Part shown: positions 18,113 to 27,860 of the stretch, in pieces
Numbering within the stretch: the first letter of the stretch is position 1
How the letters are laid out: the number at the start of each line of letters is the position of its first letter
NCBI GenBank assembly: GCA_964346725.1
Contig: CAYFVM010000003.1
Coordinates: 83,658 to 147,657 of the forward strand
Source of the DNA: an uncultured Bacteroidales bacterium
GTDB lineage: Bacteria; Bacteroidota; Bacteroidia; Bacteroidales; UBA1715
DNA length: 64,000 bases
Reading direction: 5' to 3'
Made by a program: the position numbers and the translations under genes
Notes under the pieces: model-generated
Databases searched by the model: none
What the model was told of the DNA's origin: nothing
What the model saw: the letters and a program-made list of their open reading frames with translations, nothing else

Positions 18113-19083
18113 GCCGCGATATTATATACAGTGTTATAATGTTGGCAATACACGTCATAACATTTAATTTCATAAGTCCATTGTTAATGAAAATAGTGCC
18201 GGAAAATCTTGTCAAAATAATTGCTGGAATTATTGCTTTGGTGGCTATGGCGCCTTTTTTACGTGTTATGTTGCTAAACAAAGGGAATGTGGATTTGTTT
18301 CAAAAATTATGGACACAAAATTATTTCAATAAAGGTGGACTTATCTGTGTGGTAATATTTCAAGCAGGTGTTGCATTGTTCTTCATTTGCACCGTTTTGG
18401 CAAAAATGTTCAATATGTCGCAACGAGTTGAAATTTTGGTGGGGATAGCTGTATTTGTTTTAATCGGTTTGTCGCGTCACTTATTGCGTGGTTATAATCG
18501 TATAGAACGTAGATTCGTTGATAATTTGAATATCAGAGAAAATGGCATAAACAATGCCACTTTTCATTATAACAAAACTTCACAAAAAATCAATCGAAAT
18601 CTACACCTTGCGCAAGTAAAAATTCCTGTAAATTCTTCATATATAGGTAAATCGTTACTTGAAACAGAGATAAAACAATCTTTTGGATTAATAGTGGTGA
18701 AGATAATTCGTGGTGCAATGGAAATTGATTTGCCTGAGACGACAGAAATTGTCTACCCACAGGACATTTTGATGGTATTGGGCAACGATGAACAAATAGC
18801 AAAACTAGAAACATTATTAAACTCAGAAAGCGATGTTCAAGAAAACACTACGAGGACAGAAATGACGTTAGAATCATTCATAGTTGAAGAGCATTCAAAA
18901 TTATCAGGATTAAGTATTCAAGATTCAGGAATGAAAGACATAAACTGTATGATTGTTGGAATAGAACGACATGGAAAATCAATGCTAAACCCTCATTATA
19001 CAATGATATTCGAATCAGGAGATTTAGTATGGGTAGTAGGTGATAAGCACAAATTACATGAATTTTTAAAAATAGTAATTTAA
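18085..19083 (+). CDS. Downstream half of the split antiporter: extra TM helices plus two RCK_C (TrkA-C) domains
   Basis: About 4 TM helices, then two TrkA-C-like repeats (IGKSLLETEIKQSFGLIVVKIIRG...; LSGLSIQDSGMKDINCMIVGIERHG...). The nominal ATG lies inside the upstream ORF. The frame joins at A7 18100-18106. Confidence 0.7.
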   Translation: METIDKKTLGRDIIYSVIMLAIHVITFNFISPLLMKIVPENLVKIIAGIIALVAMAPFLRVMLLNKGNVDLFQKLWTQNYFNKGGLICVVIFQAGVALFFICTVLAKMFNMSQRVEILVGIAVFVLIGLSRHLLRGYNRIERRFVDNLNIRENGINNATFHYNKTSQKINRNLHLAQVKIPVNSSYIGKSLLETEIKQSFGLIVVKIIRGAMEIDLPETTEIVYPQDILMVLGNDEQIAKLETLLNSESDVQENTTRTEMTLESFIVEEHSKLSGLSIQDSGMKDINCMIVGIERHGKSMLNPHYTMIFESGDLVWVVGDKHKLHEFLKIVI

Positions 19084-19143
19084 ACAAGCAAAACTTTCTA
19101 AATAAAATTTTACATAAAGCATAGCAAATATTAAAGAAAGTTC

Positions 19144-19151
19144 TATTTTTG
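19144..19151 (+). promoter_or_regulatory. -7 box (TATTTTTG)
   Basis: Exact TAnnTTTG match 31 nt upstream of ATG 19183. Confidence 0.4.
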
Positions 19152-19182
19152 CATGCAAATAAATTTATAATTCGAAATAACA

Positions 19183-19863
19183 ATGGCAGAAGAAATAGAG
19201 AATCAAGAGCAATTAAAGACAATTGGTGATTCACTTACAAAAGTTGAACAAATTATAGAGAAAAACAAGAAACCATTACTATATGTATTATTAGTTATTG
19301 TTTTGTTGGTTTGTAGTTTCTTCGCATATAAGAATTTATATTTAGGTAAACAGCAAGAAGAGGCTTTGTCAGCAATGTGGCCCGCTGAAGCTCAATTTCG
19401 CATAGACTCTTTTCATATAGCATTATATGGCAACGAAAATGTTACTGGTTTCGTTGATATTATAGACCAATACGGAAATACCAAAGCTGGCAATGTGGCT
19501 CGTTTTTATGCGGGTTGTTGCGCTATGCGTGTTGGCGAATACGATGCAGCTGTTGAATATTTAGAAGATTTTTCTACCGAAGATCCTATCTTGGAATCTG
19601 AATCAATCTGTTTGTTAGGTGATGCATATTCAGAGATGGAGAAATACGATGAAGCAGTTTCTAACTATGAAGAAGCAGCAGAAGTTGCAGATAATGAATT
19701 TTTAAGTCCACGTTGCTTACTAAAAGCTGGATTAGTATATGAAAAATTGGGGAAATTTGATGATGCAGTAAAAGCATATAGTAAGATTAAGAGTGACTAT
19801 AACGGTTCTCCAGAAGCGGCTTCTGTAGACAAGTATATTACTCGCGCCCAATTGAAAAAATAA
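19183..19863 (+). CDS. Membrane-anchored tetratricopeptide-repeat protein (YfgM-like)
   Basis: A single TM (LLYVLLVIVLLVCSFFAY) followed by TPR-like helices. The stop overlaps the ribH ATG (TAATG). Confidence 0.65.
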   Translation: MAEEIENQEQLKTIGDSLTKVEQIIEKNKKPLLYVLLVIVLLVCSFFAYKNLYLGKQQEEALSAMWPAEAQFRIDSFHIALYGNENVTGFVDIIDQYGNTKAGNVARFYAGCCAMRVGEYDAAVEYLEDFSTEDPILESESICLLGDAYSEMEKYDEAVSNYEEAAEVADNEFLSPRCLLKAGLVYEKLGKFDDAVKAYSKIKSDYNGSPEAASVDKYITRAQLKK

Positions 19864-20342
19864 TGGCTACTTCGCTAAAAAACCTCTCTGATTTCGATAG
19901 CACATCGATTCCTGATGCTTCCGAACTTTCTATTGGTATAGTCGTTGCTGAATGGAATATTGATGTGAACACCAAAATGTTGAATGGAGCAGTAGAAGTA
20001 TTGCAGAAACAAGGGGTTAAAAGCAAAAATATATTTGTAAACTATGTGCCGGGTGCTTTTGAATTGACCTATGGCGCTCGCATAATGGCAGAAAATTACG
20101 ATGTAGATGCTATTATCACACTAGGAACGGTTATTCAAGGAGATACACCACATTTTACATATATTTGTCAGTCAGTTTCTTACGGCCTTACAGAATTGAA
20201 TTTATCATATGAAATTCCATTTATATTTGGAGTTCTTACTGTAAATACCATAGAACAGGCATTAGAGAGAACGGGCGGTAAGTATGGAAACAAAGGTTCT
20301 GAAGTCGCTGTGGCGGCCATTAAAATGGCTTTATATAATTAG
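19863..20342 (+). CDS. ribH: 6,7-dimethyl-8-ribityllumazine synthase
   Basis: IGIVVAEWN, VPGAFEL, GTVIQGDTPHFTYI motifs. Confidence 0.9.
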   Translation: MATSLKNLSDFDSTSIPDASELSIGIVVAEWNIDVNTKMLNGAVEVLQKQGVKSKNIFVNYVPGAFELTYGARIMAENYDVDAIITLGTVIQGDTPHFTYICQSVSYGLTELNLSYEIPFIFGVLTVNTIEQALERTGGKYGNKGSEVAVAAIKMALYN

Positions 20343-20385
20343 TCTATTCCCATATTCTTTTTTACACATAATTGAATAATTTTAA

Positions 20386-20393
20386 TATCTTTG
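20386..20393 (+). promoter_or_regulatory. -7 box (TATCTTTG) embedded in a 12-bp inverted repeat
   Basis: Exact TAnnTTTG match 32 nt upstream of ATG 20426. It lies within TTTAATATCTTT, whose perfect complement AAAGATATTAAA is at 20409-20420. Confidence 0.4.
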
Positions 20394-20425
20394 CTTGTCT
20401 TGCGACTTAAAGATATTAAAATACT

Positions 20426-21199
20426 ATGGATGTTGTAATAATTGGTGCCGGCAATGTAGGGACACATTTTGCCAAAGCGTTAAAAGCTGTGGGAATAAAT
20501 GTAGTTCAAATCATGAGCCGTACCATGAAATCAGCAGTCGAATTGGCATCGGAAATTGGTTGCTCGTTTGCAACTGATTATTCTGATATTAACAAGAAAG
20601 CAGATTTATATATACTATGTGTAACGGATTGTTCTATTGGTTTGATATTGCGCCAATTGAATCTTAAAGAAAAACTGATAGTACACACCTCTGGAAGCGT
20701 TGGTATTAATGTGTTTTATGATTATGCAGTAAACTACGGAAATATTTATCCTTTGCAATCATTCTCGAAATTCAAAGATATAAATTATGCTGAAGTTCCC
20801 GTTTTTGTAGAAGCAAACACCGATGAGAACAAACAGATTTTGATAGATTTGATGAAACTTGTCACTCCTCATGTGCAAGTGCTTAATTCTCAACAACGAT
20901 CAATATTGCATTTATGCGCGGTGATAATCAATAATTTCCAAAACCATTTGTGCACTATTGCAGAATTGTTGATGAAGGACAACCAGCTCCAATTCGATTT
21001 GCTAAAACCATTGATGAAAGAAACTCTTGAAAAAGCAGTTAAATATTCACCATATATCTCCCAGACCGGACCTGCTATGCGCAACGATGAAATGATATTA
21101 AAAAAACATCGTGATGCTTTGGTAAATTATCCAGATGTATTGCAGATATACAACGCTATGAGCGATAGTATCAAAAAAACACATTCTCAAGATAAATAA
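20426..21199 (+). CDS. Rossmann-fold DUF2520-type (ProC/F420-oxidoreductase-like) protein
   Basis: N-terminal VVIIGAGNVGTHFAKAL dinucleotide-binding motif. Length and C-terminal helical domain fit DUF2520 proteins. Confidence 0.7.
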   Translation: MDVVIIGAGNVGTHFAKALKAVGINVVQIMSRTMKSAVELASEIGCSFATDYSDINKKADLYILCVTDCSIGLILRQLNLKEKLIVHTSGSVGINVFYDYAVNYGNIYPLQSFSKFKDINYAEVPVFVEANTDENKQILIDLMKLVTPHVQVLNSQQRSILHLCAVIINNFQNHLCTIAELLMKDNQLQFDLLKPLMKETLEKAVKYSPYISQTGPAMRNDEMILKKHRDALVNYPDVLQIYNAMSDSIKKTHSQDK

Positions 21200-21202
21200 C
21201 GT

Positions 21203-21724
21203 ATGACGAATTTTAAAGATAAATTAAAGAATATTAAAGCTTTCGTATTCGATATAGATGGTGTTTGGACTAATGGTTGGGTGTATGTTGATGCCGATGG
21301 TAAACAAATGCGTACAACCAATGCAAAAGATGGCTACGCCGTACATTATGCATCAAAATTGGGATACAAATTTGCCATCATAACCGGAGGGAAATGTGAC
21401 TCTATTATTTCACGGTTTCATGACCTAGGCATAGAAGATATTTATATAGAAGCATGCGACAAAACTATCTATTTAGAAGAATTTATGACAAAATATAACC
21501 TCAAACCTAAAGAGGTCATGTATATGGGTGACGACATACCCGATTATCGTGCAATGAAAAAATGCGGGTTAAAAGCATGTCCAGCCGATGCCGTTTACGA
21601 AATACAAGAAATATCTGATTATATTTCGGGTAAAGATGGTGGGAAAGGATGCGTACGTGATGTTGTAGAGCAAACTTTACGTGCACAAAATAATTGGTTA
21701 AGAAAAGAAGCATTCACTTGGTAA
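21203..21724 (+). CDS. kdsC: KDO 8-phosphate phosphatase (HAD-IIIA)
   Basis: FVFDIDGVWTNG, ITGG, GDDIPD motifs. 173 aa. Confidence 0.8.
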   Translation: MTNFKDKLKNIKAFVFDIDGVWTNGWVYVDADGKQMRTTNAKDGYAVHYASKLGYKFAIITGGKCDSIISRFHDLGIEDIYIEACDKTIYLEEFMTKYNLKPKEVMYMGDDIPDYRAMKKCGLKACPADAVYEIQEISDYISGKDGGKGCVRDVVEQTLRAQNNWLRKEAFTW

Positions 21725-21734
21725 AAAGAGAAAT

Positions 21735-22649
21735 ATGAATTATTTAAAGCTAATTCGATACAAGAATCTGTTGATTATAATAGCAACAATGTTTATTATA
21801 CGGTATGCTTTAATTCGGGAATTAATGCCGTTTCAACTCTCCTTTTTAGGATTCTGCTTATTGGTATTTGCTACGGTATGTATCTCCGCAGCCGGTTATA
21901 TTATCAATGATTATTTTGATGTAAATGCCGACATGATGAATAAACCGGATTCTGTGATTATAGGCAAATGTATCAACCGACGCAATGCTATGATACTTCA
22001 TTGGGTGTTGAGTATTTTAGGATGTATTAGTGGTGTTGTAGTGTCATACGGAATTAGTTATGAAAGCTATTCCTTGATGTTTATATTCATAGTTGGAATA
22101 TTATGGTTTTATTCAACCATGTTTAGCAAGGAACCAATTATAGGAAATGTTATAGTTGCTGTATTAGTAGCCATGGTTCCGTTAATAGAGGTGTTGTATG
22201 AATTATTACCAATATTGTCGTTACCAATAGAAGCTGTTTCACAATTGAATATCAATTTCGAAGAAATAATGTTGTGGAGTTTTGGTTATGCAATTTTTGC
22301 ATTTCTCTTATCATTACTACGTGAAATGGTGAAAGATATAGAAGATGTAGAGGGTGACAGAACGTATGGTAGAAATACATTACCTATTGCCTTTGGCATA
22401 AGAACCGCACGTCACACGTCTGTGGGTGTTGGATTAGTAATATTGATAGCATTTGTTTTTGTTCAAGTATGTAAACTTCACGATGTATATTCGTTATTCT
22501 TTATAAATATAGGTATAACAATTCCATTTTTGTATTCGTTGATTATACTCATTAAAGCAAAAAACACAGAAGATTACGCAAAAGTAAGTTTTTGTTTAAA
22601 GTTAGTAATGATGATGGGATTATTGTATTTATTGGGAAAACTCATTTGA
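21735..22649 (+). CDS. UbiA-family prenyltransferase (archaeal DGGGP-synthase-like subgroup)
   Basis: Nine-TM profile. First Asp-rich motif NDYFDVNADMMNKPD and second DIEDVEGD. Confidence 0.8.
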   Translation: MNYLKLIRYKNLLIIIATMFIIRYALIRELMPFQLSFLGFCLLVFATVCISAAGYIINDYFDVNADMMNKPDSVIIGKCINRRNAMILHWVLSILGCISGVVVSYGISYESYSLMFIFIVGILWFYSTMFSKEPIIGNVIVAVLVAMVPLIEVLYELLPILSLPIEAVSQLNINFEEIMLWSFGYAIFAFLLSLLREMVKDIEDVEGDRTYGRNTLPIAFGIRTARHTSVGVGLVILIAFVFVQVCKLHDVYSLFFINIGITIPFLYSLIILIKAKNTEDYAKVSFCLKLVMMMGLLYLLGKLI

Positions 22650-22650
22650 T

Positions 22651-23244
22651 ATGCATCAGTTAGCTCAAAAATTAGAGAAGTATCATGTTATATTAGGTTC
22701 AGCATCACCTCGGCGAAAAGAATTGTTACAAGGTTTGGATATACCATTTGAGGTGTTTTTGAAGAACACACAAGAAACTATAAACGCAACACTACCTTTT
22801 GAACAAATACCACAAGATATCGCACAACAAAAATTTAATGCCTTTTTACCCGATTTGACTGCCCGAGATTTTTTAATAACGGCAGATACATTAGTCTTTT
22901 GTGACGGGAGATCGGTTGGAAAACCAAAAAACGAAGCTGAAGCAAAAGAAATGATTTCATTCTTGTCGGGTAAAACTCATTCGGTAGTAACAGGAGTGTG
23001 TTTTGGAACCAAACAAAAACAAGAGGTTTTTTATCAACACTCGCAAGTTACATTTGCCGCCATGAACGAAACAGATATTGACTATTATATAGCAAAATAT
23101 AAACCATTTGACAAGGCAGGAGCATATGGTGTGCAAGAATGGATTGGCTATATGGGGATAGAATCAATTTATGGTTCGTATTACAATGTCATGGGATTAC
23201 CGGTTCATAGTTTGTATTACAAAATATTGGATTATGAAGAATAA
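22651..23244 (+). CDS. maf: Maf-family nucleoside triphosphate pyrophosphatase
   Basis: ILGSASPRRKELL, GKPKNEAEA, AGAYGVQE motifs. Confidence 0.85.
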   Translation: MHQLAQKLEKYHVILGSASPRRKELLQGLDIPFEVFLKNTQETINATLPFEQIPQDIAQQKFNAFLPDLTARDFLITADTLVFCDGRSVGKPKNEAEAKEMISFLSGKTHSVVTGVCFGTKQKQEVFYQHSQVTFAAMNETDIDYYIAKYKPFDKAGAYGVQEWIGYMGIESIYGSYYNVMGLPVHSLYYKILDYEE

Positions 23245-25279
23245 AATTTTGTTGATCTTATTGTTGTTGTTTTCGTATGCGACAAATGCTGCAGAGGGAA
23301 TGTGGATTCCTTTGTTACTAGAGAAACAAATTTTACCTGAGATGCAAGCAGAAGGATGTAAATTGACTGCTGAACAAATTTATAGTGCTGAAAAAGCCTG
23401 TTTGAAAGATGCCGTTGTCCGTGTTGGAGGCTGTACAGGAAGTTACATTTCAAATCAAGGTTTACTACTTACAAATTACCATTGCGCACAATCATTTGTT
23501 GCGAACGCGAGCGAAGGTGGCGTGAATTATCTTCGAGAAGGATTTTTCGCAAAAACACAAGACGAGGAAATTCCAACGGGGAAACTTACCGTGGAAAATT
23601 TAATAGCAATTTATGATGTAACAGACAGATGTAGTCGAGGTTTGTCTGCAAATCAAGTTATGGCAGAAATTATCAAGGATTCATCGCAAGAATACCAATA
23701 TTCAATAGAGGAATTTTATGGCAATAGCCAGTTCTTGTTATTTAAATCTAAAAAATACACAGATGTTCGTTTGGTTGCATTTATGCCAGCCGATATAGCA
23801 TCGTATGGTGGTGATGTGGCAAATTGGTCATGGCCGCGTAGTTGTGCAGATTTTGCACTGTTGCGAGTGTATGAGAATGGTAAACCAATTGTTCCAAAAA
23901 AATATTTTGAAATAAATCCCGATGGCGTTACAAATGGAGATTTTACTATGGTTATGGGATATCCGGGAAAAACCAAAATGTATGGGACGGAACAAGAACT
24001 GAAGGATATTTATACCATATTGAATCCTGCTCAAATTGCAATGCGTGAAGCAACGTTACAACCTATGGCAAAATATATGTCAAAAGGACAAAAGGAATAC
24101 GATGCCTATTTTGCCCGATATTCTTCATTATCAAATTATTACGAAAAATGGAAAGGAGAACAATATGGAATAGAAACGTCCGATGCATTGAAAAAACGCC
24201 ATACTCGTGATAGCCTTTTGCAAACATGGATATCATTAAATGATTCTTTACAATCACAGTTTGGAACGCTTTTTTCTGATTATAACAAACTTTGCAGAGA
24301 CTATTATTTAGCATATACACATGTAGTTGTTAGTATTGAAGGGTTATGGAGAATGCGCATTCTTCAAGCTTCTAGTTCTATTATCGTGGGAAATAATCCA
24401 ACCTTCGTGTATGAAGATCAATTCGTTACGAGTGTGGCAAAATGTAATATGGAACTTGAACGTAGTGTATTTGAAAATATGTTATTTTTTGCATACGCAT
24501 CAGGATTAACAAAAACCCCAACGTTAGAACGAATATATTCCGGTAAAACTGAACCCTATGTGGAATTTATGGATTCGGTTCTCAATAAAAGTGTGTTTAC
24601 CGATTCTGTTCGCGCTGCGCAATTTAGTTATATGATAAATAACAAACGAAAGTTTAAAAAACACGAAAATGTAATTGCATATTTATTGAAAAACGATGCA
24701 TTGTATCGTTTTACCGATGAGATATACAATGAAATAATCAATAAAATGTTTCCTGAATACACCAATGCGAAATTGTTTTTTGATAGTGTTGCTAATCGAA
24801 TGATAAAAGTTTTATATACCTATAATAAAGGTGCAATTGCTCCAGATGCTAACAGTACTATGCGTGTTAGTTATGGGAAAGTTATACCATTTGGCAATAT
24901 GAGTGCTACAACATCAGAGTATTTTATTGAAATGTTATCGGATTCTTCAAATGCATATAAATCAAATGAGATATTTAATACACTGCTCCGTGAAAAAGAA
25001 TTTGGTTCCTATTCAAAAGATACATTATACATGAACTTTGTTGCAACCAACCAAACGTCAGGAGGTAATTCAGGTAGTCCGGTGATTGATGCAGATGGTA
25101 GACTAGTAGGGGTGAATTTCGATAGAAATTGGCAAGGTGTTATGAGCGATTTTAATTATGATGAAAACTATTGCCGAAATATATCAGTAGATATACGTTA
25201 TATATTGTTTTGTCTAGAAAAATACGGGCATGCAAACAATATCATATCGGAATTAACGTTTAAAAAAAAATATAAATAG
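23234..25279 (+). CDS. S46-family dipeptidyl-peptidase (DPP7/DPP11-like)
   Basis: Start at MKNKILLILLLLFSYATNAAEGMWIP (signal peptide plus family-typical EGMW motif). Catalytic NYHC and GGNSGSPV. The ORF is open upstream to 23171, but that extension overlaps maf. Confidence 0.85.
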   Translation: MKNKILLILLLLFSYATNAAEGMWIPLLLEKQILPEMQAEGCKLTAEQIYSAEKACLKDAVVRVGGCTGSYISNQGLLLTNYHCAQSFVANASEGGVNYLREGFFAKTQDEEIPTGKLTVENLIAIYDVTDRCSRGLSANQVMAEIIKDSSQEYQYSIEEFYGNSQFLLFKSKKYTDVRLVAFMPADIASYGGDVANWSWPRSCADFALLRVYENGKPIVPKKYFEINPDGVTNGDFTMVMGYPGKTKMYGTEQELKDIYTILNPAQIAMREATLQPMAKYMSKGQKEYDAYFARYSSLSNYYEKWKGEQYGIETSDALKKRHTRDSLLQTWISLNDSLQSQFGTLFSDYNKLCRDYYLAYTHVVVSIEGLWRMRILQASSSIIVGNNPTFVYEDQFVTSVAKCNMELERSVFENMLFFAYASGLTKTPTLERIYSGKTEPYVEFMDSVLNKSVFTDSVRAAQFSYMINNKRKFKKHENVIAYLLKNDALYRFTDEIYNEIINKMFPEYTNAKLFFDSVANRMIKVLYTYNKGAIAPDANSTMRVSYGKVIPFGNMSATTSEYFIEMLSDSSNAYKSNEIFNTLLREKEFGSYSKDTLYMNFVATNQTSGGNSGSPVIDADGRLVGVNFDRNWQGVMSDFNYDENYCRNISVDIRYILFCLEKYGHANNIISELTFKKKYK

Positions 25280-25285
25280 ATACAT

Positions 25286-26320
25286 ATGGGAAGAAAATTC
25301 GCATCGCTTGACACTACGAATAAATTATTGATGTTGCTAGTATTGCCAGTCTTTTTTTTAGTCCTAAAAGAATTGTCTGCTATTTTTGTTCCTTTGATTA
25401 TTGCTAGTTTTTTTGTCTTGCTTTTTATGCCACTTATACGTTGGGCAAATCGTAGAAACGTTCCTCGTTGGGTCTCTATTGTTGTTGTTTTTATTATATT
25501 CTTCATTGTCGTACGATCATGTATTTGGTTATTGCAACTCACTGGTAATGAATTTCGTACAACCGATCCACAAACGTGGCAGAATATATTCGCTGAATTC
25601 AATACTTTTGTCGTTCACTTCATGCAATTAATTGGACTCAAAGAAGATACGTTTCTTCAATATATGCAAGAAAATGATATAAAAACAACAATTTACGAAA
25701 ACATAGGGAAAGTATTTACAGCTATACAGCATACAGCCTCAATCATATTTCTGTCGGCATTTTTTATGATTTTGTTGATAGCTAGTTCTTTTAATGCACA
25801 AAAATTATTACAAGTAACTCTTTTCAAAGAAAAAATGCCTTCAATGCGCACATACATCACTATTGAAAAAAGTATTTCAAAATTTATCTTAGTAAAATTC
25901 CTTATCAGTTTGTTTACCGGAATTTCATTTTCAGTACTCTGTTATTTCTTTGATGTGAAATTTGCGATATTTTGGGGTATGCTTGCGTTTATACTCAATT
26001 TTATACAAATGATTGGGTCAATCATTTCAACCGCTGTCTTGTGTGTTTTTGGTCTTACCCAAATTGCAACAATGCCGATGATAATATTATTTATTGTAAT
26101 AGCTATTGCTATACAGATATTTTGGGGGAGTATTTTGGAACCTATATTTATGGGACGAACATTCTCAATCAATACCATTACTATTATTGTAATGCTGTTC
26201 TTCTGGGGATATGTATGGAATATTCCGGGAATGATATTGGCTGTGCCATTAACAGTCACCGTGAAAACTATATTGGAGCAGTTTGAAAAAACAAAAAAAG
26301 TAGCCCAATTAATGTCATAA
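25286..26320 (+). CDS. AI-2E (PerM/YhhT) family transporter
   Basis: Eight TM helices and C-terminal ILEPIFMGRTFSIN...PGMILAVPLT. Confidence 0.8.
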   Translation: MGRKFASLDTTNKLLMLLVLPVFFLVLKELSAIFVPLIIASFFVLLFMPLIRWANRRNVPRWVSIVVVFIIFFIVVRSCIWLLQLTGNEFRTTDPQTWQNIFAEFNTFVVHFMQLIGLKEDTFLQYMQENDIKTTIYENIGKVFTAIQHTASIIFLSAFFMILLIASSFNAQKLLQVTLFKEKMPSMRTYITIEKSISKFILVKFLISLFTGISFSVLCYFFDVKFAIFWGMLAFILNFIQMIGSIISTAVLCVFGLTQIATMPMIILFIVIAIAIQIFWGSILEPIFMGRTFSINTITIIVMLFFWGYVWNIPGMILAVPLTVTVKTILEQFEKTKKVAQLMS

Positions 26321-26406
26321 TTTAAAATTTTGTAAAAAAAGTCGTAAAGGGGTTATGTTTTCTAAGAATTTTGTACTTTTATACATGATTTTTTAGAAAT
26401 AAAATT

Positions 26407-27744
26407 ATGGCAGAAAAAAAACCAAAGATTTTTGTACTTGATACAAATGTTGTTTTACATAACTATCGAGCGATATATGCGTTTCAAGAAAATGATGTGG
26501 TAATTCCAATTACCGTATTGGAAGAATTAGATAAATTCAAAAAAGGTGAATCGGAATTAGGGTGGAACACACGCCAATTTACCCGAGAATTAGATGCACT
26601 TGCTGGAGACAAAGTCTTTACCGAAGGTATTCCATTGGGAGATGGATTGGGGAAATTATTTATCAAAACCCATGCAAAATATCCGGAAATAGTAAAAAAC
26701 TCTTTTGTAGAGCAAATCCCCGATCACAAAATTATAGCTACTGCCGTTATTGTCAAAGAAGAGAATCCAGATAGGACAATTATAGTCGTTTCAAAAGACA
26801 TTAATTTAAGAATGAAGGCTAAATCAATAGGATTGATTGCCGAAGATTTTGAAAATGACAAAATATACGATATCGATAGGATAGAAGAAGGTGTACGTAT
26901 TCTTGACAATATAGATATTACCTATATAAATAAACTATATGCAAAAAATACGACAAATAACGTTGTTACTCCAGAAGAAATAGGAATTCGTCGCCCCGAA
27001 AGTAACGAATATTTTATGCTAAATAGCGGGAATACCTCTATAATGGCATATTATAGCCCACAAACTAATACAATTTCTCGTGTAAATAAATATAGAGTAA
27101 CGGGTATAGAACCTCGAAATTCAGAACAAGCATTTGCAATGCATGCCTTGCTTAATGATGATGTTAAATTGATTGCATTGACAGGAACAGCTGGAACAGG
27201 AAAAACATTGTTGGCTTTGGCAGCAGCTTTGGCTCAACATGAAAACTTTGATCAAGTGTTGCTCGCGAGACCAATAGTAGCATTAGGGAATAAAGATTTA
27301 GGATATTTACCGGGAGGTGAAAAAGAGAAAATCAAACCATATATGTTGCCTTTGTTTGATAATTTACAAGTAATCAAGCAAAGCTTGAGAAACAATGGCG
27401 CTAAAATAACAGAGATAGATGATATGTTGCATGATGGTACATTGCAAATATCTCCATTGGCATACATTCGTGGTCGTTCATTGTCGCATGTATTCTTTAT
27501 AATTGATGAAGCCCAAAATCTAACGCCACACGAAGTGAAAACAATCATTACGCGAGCAGGAGAAGGCACCAAAATTGTATTTACCGGCGATATTCAACAA
27601 ATAGATTCTCCATATTTGGATACATATTCAAATGGACTTTCTCATTTAAGTGCAAAAATGAAAGGACAAAGTATATTTGAACATATAAATTTAGTAAAAG
27701 GTGAACGAAGTGAATTGGCAGAATTAGCGAGTAAATTACTCTAA
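26407..27744 (+). CDS. PIN domain + PhoH-like ATPase (YlaK/PhoH2 family)
   Basis: N-terminal PIN (FVLDTNVVLH), Walker A GTAGTGKT, Walker B IIDEAQN. Confidence 0.85.
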   Translation: MAEKKPKIFVLDTNVVLHNYRAIYAFQENDVVIPITVLEELDKFKKGESELGWNTRQFTRELDALAGDKVFTEGIPLGDGLGKLFIKTHAKYPEIVKNSFVEQIPDHKIIATAVIVKEENPDRTIIVVSKDINLRMKAKSIGLIAEDFENDKIYDIDRIEEGVRILDNIDITYINKLYAKNTTNNVVTPEEIGIRRPESNEYFMLNSGNTSIMAYYSPQTNTISRVNKYRVTGIEPRNSEQAFAMHALLNDDVKLIALTGTAGTGKTLLALAAALAQHENFDQVLLARPIVALGNKDLGYLPGGEKEKIKPYMLPLFDNLQVIKQSLRNNGAKITEIDDMLHDGTLQISPLAYIRGRSLSHVFFIIDEAQNLTPHEVKTIITRAGEGTKIVFTGDIQQIDSPYLDTYSNGLSHLSAKMKGQSIFEHINLVKGERSELAELASKLL

Positions 27745-27852
27745 AATTTATTAATAAGTCAAAAAAATGTTCATAACCCCTATAAATATAGGGAAAATGA
27801 GGGGGGGGCAAAGAAAAAAAACAAAAAAGTGTTGTATGTGTTAAAAAAAACA

Positions 27853-27860
27853 TATCTTTG
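27853..27860 (+). promoter_or_regulatory. -7 box (TATCTTTG) for the HU gene
   Basis: Exact TAnnTTTG match 64 nt upstream of ATG 27925. Confidence 0.4.
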
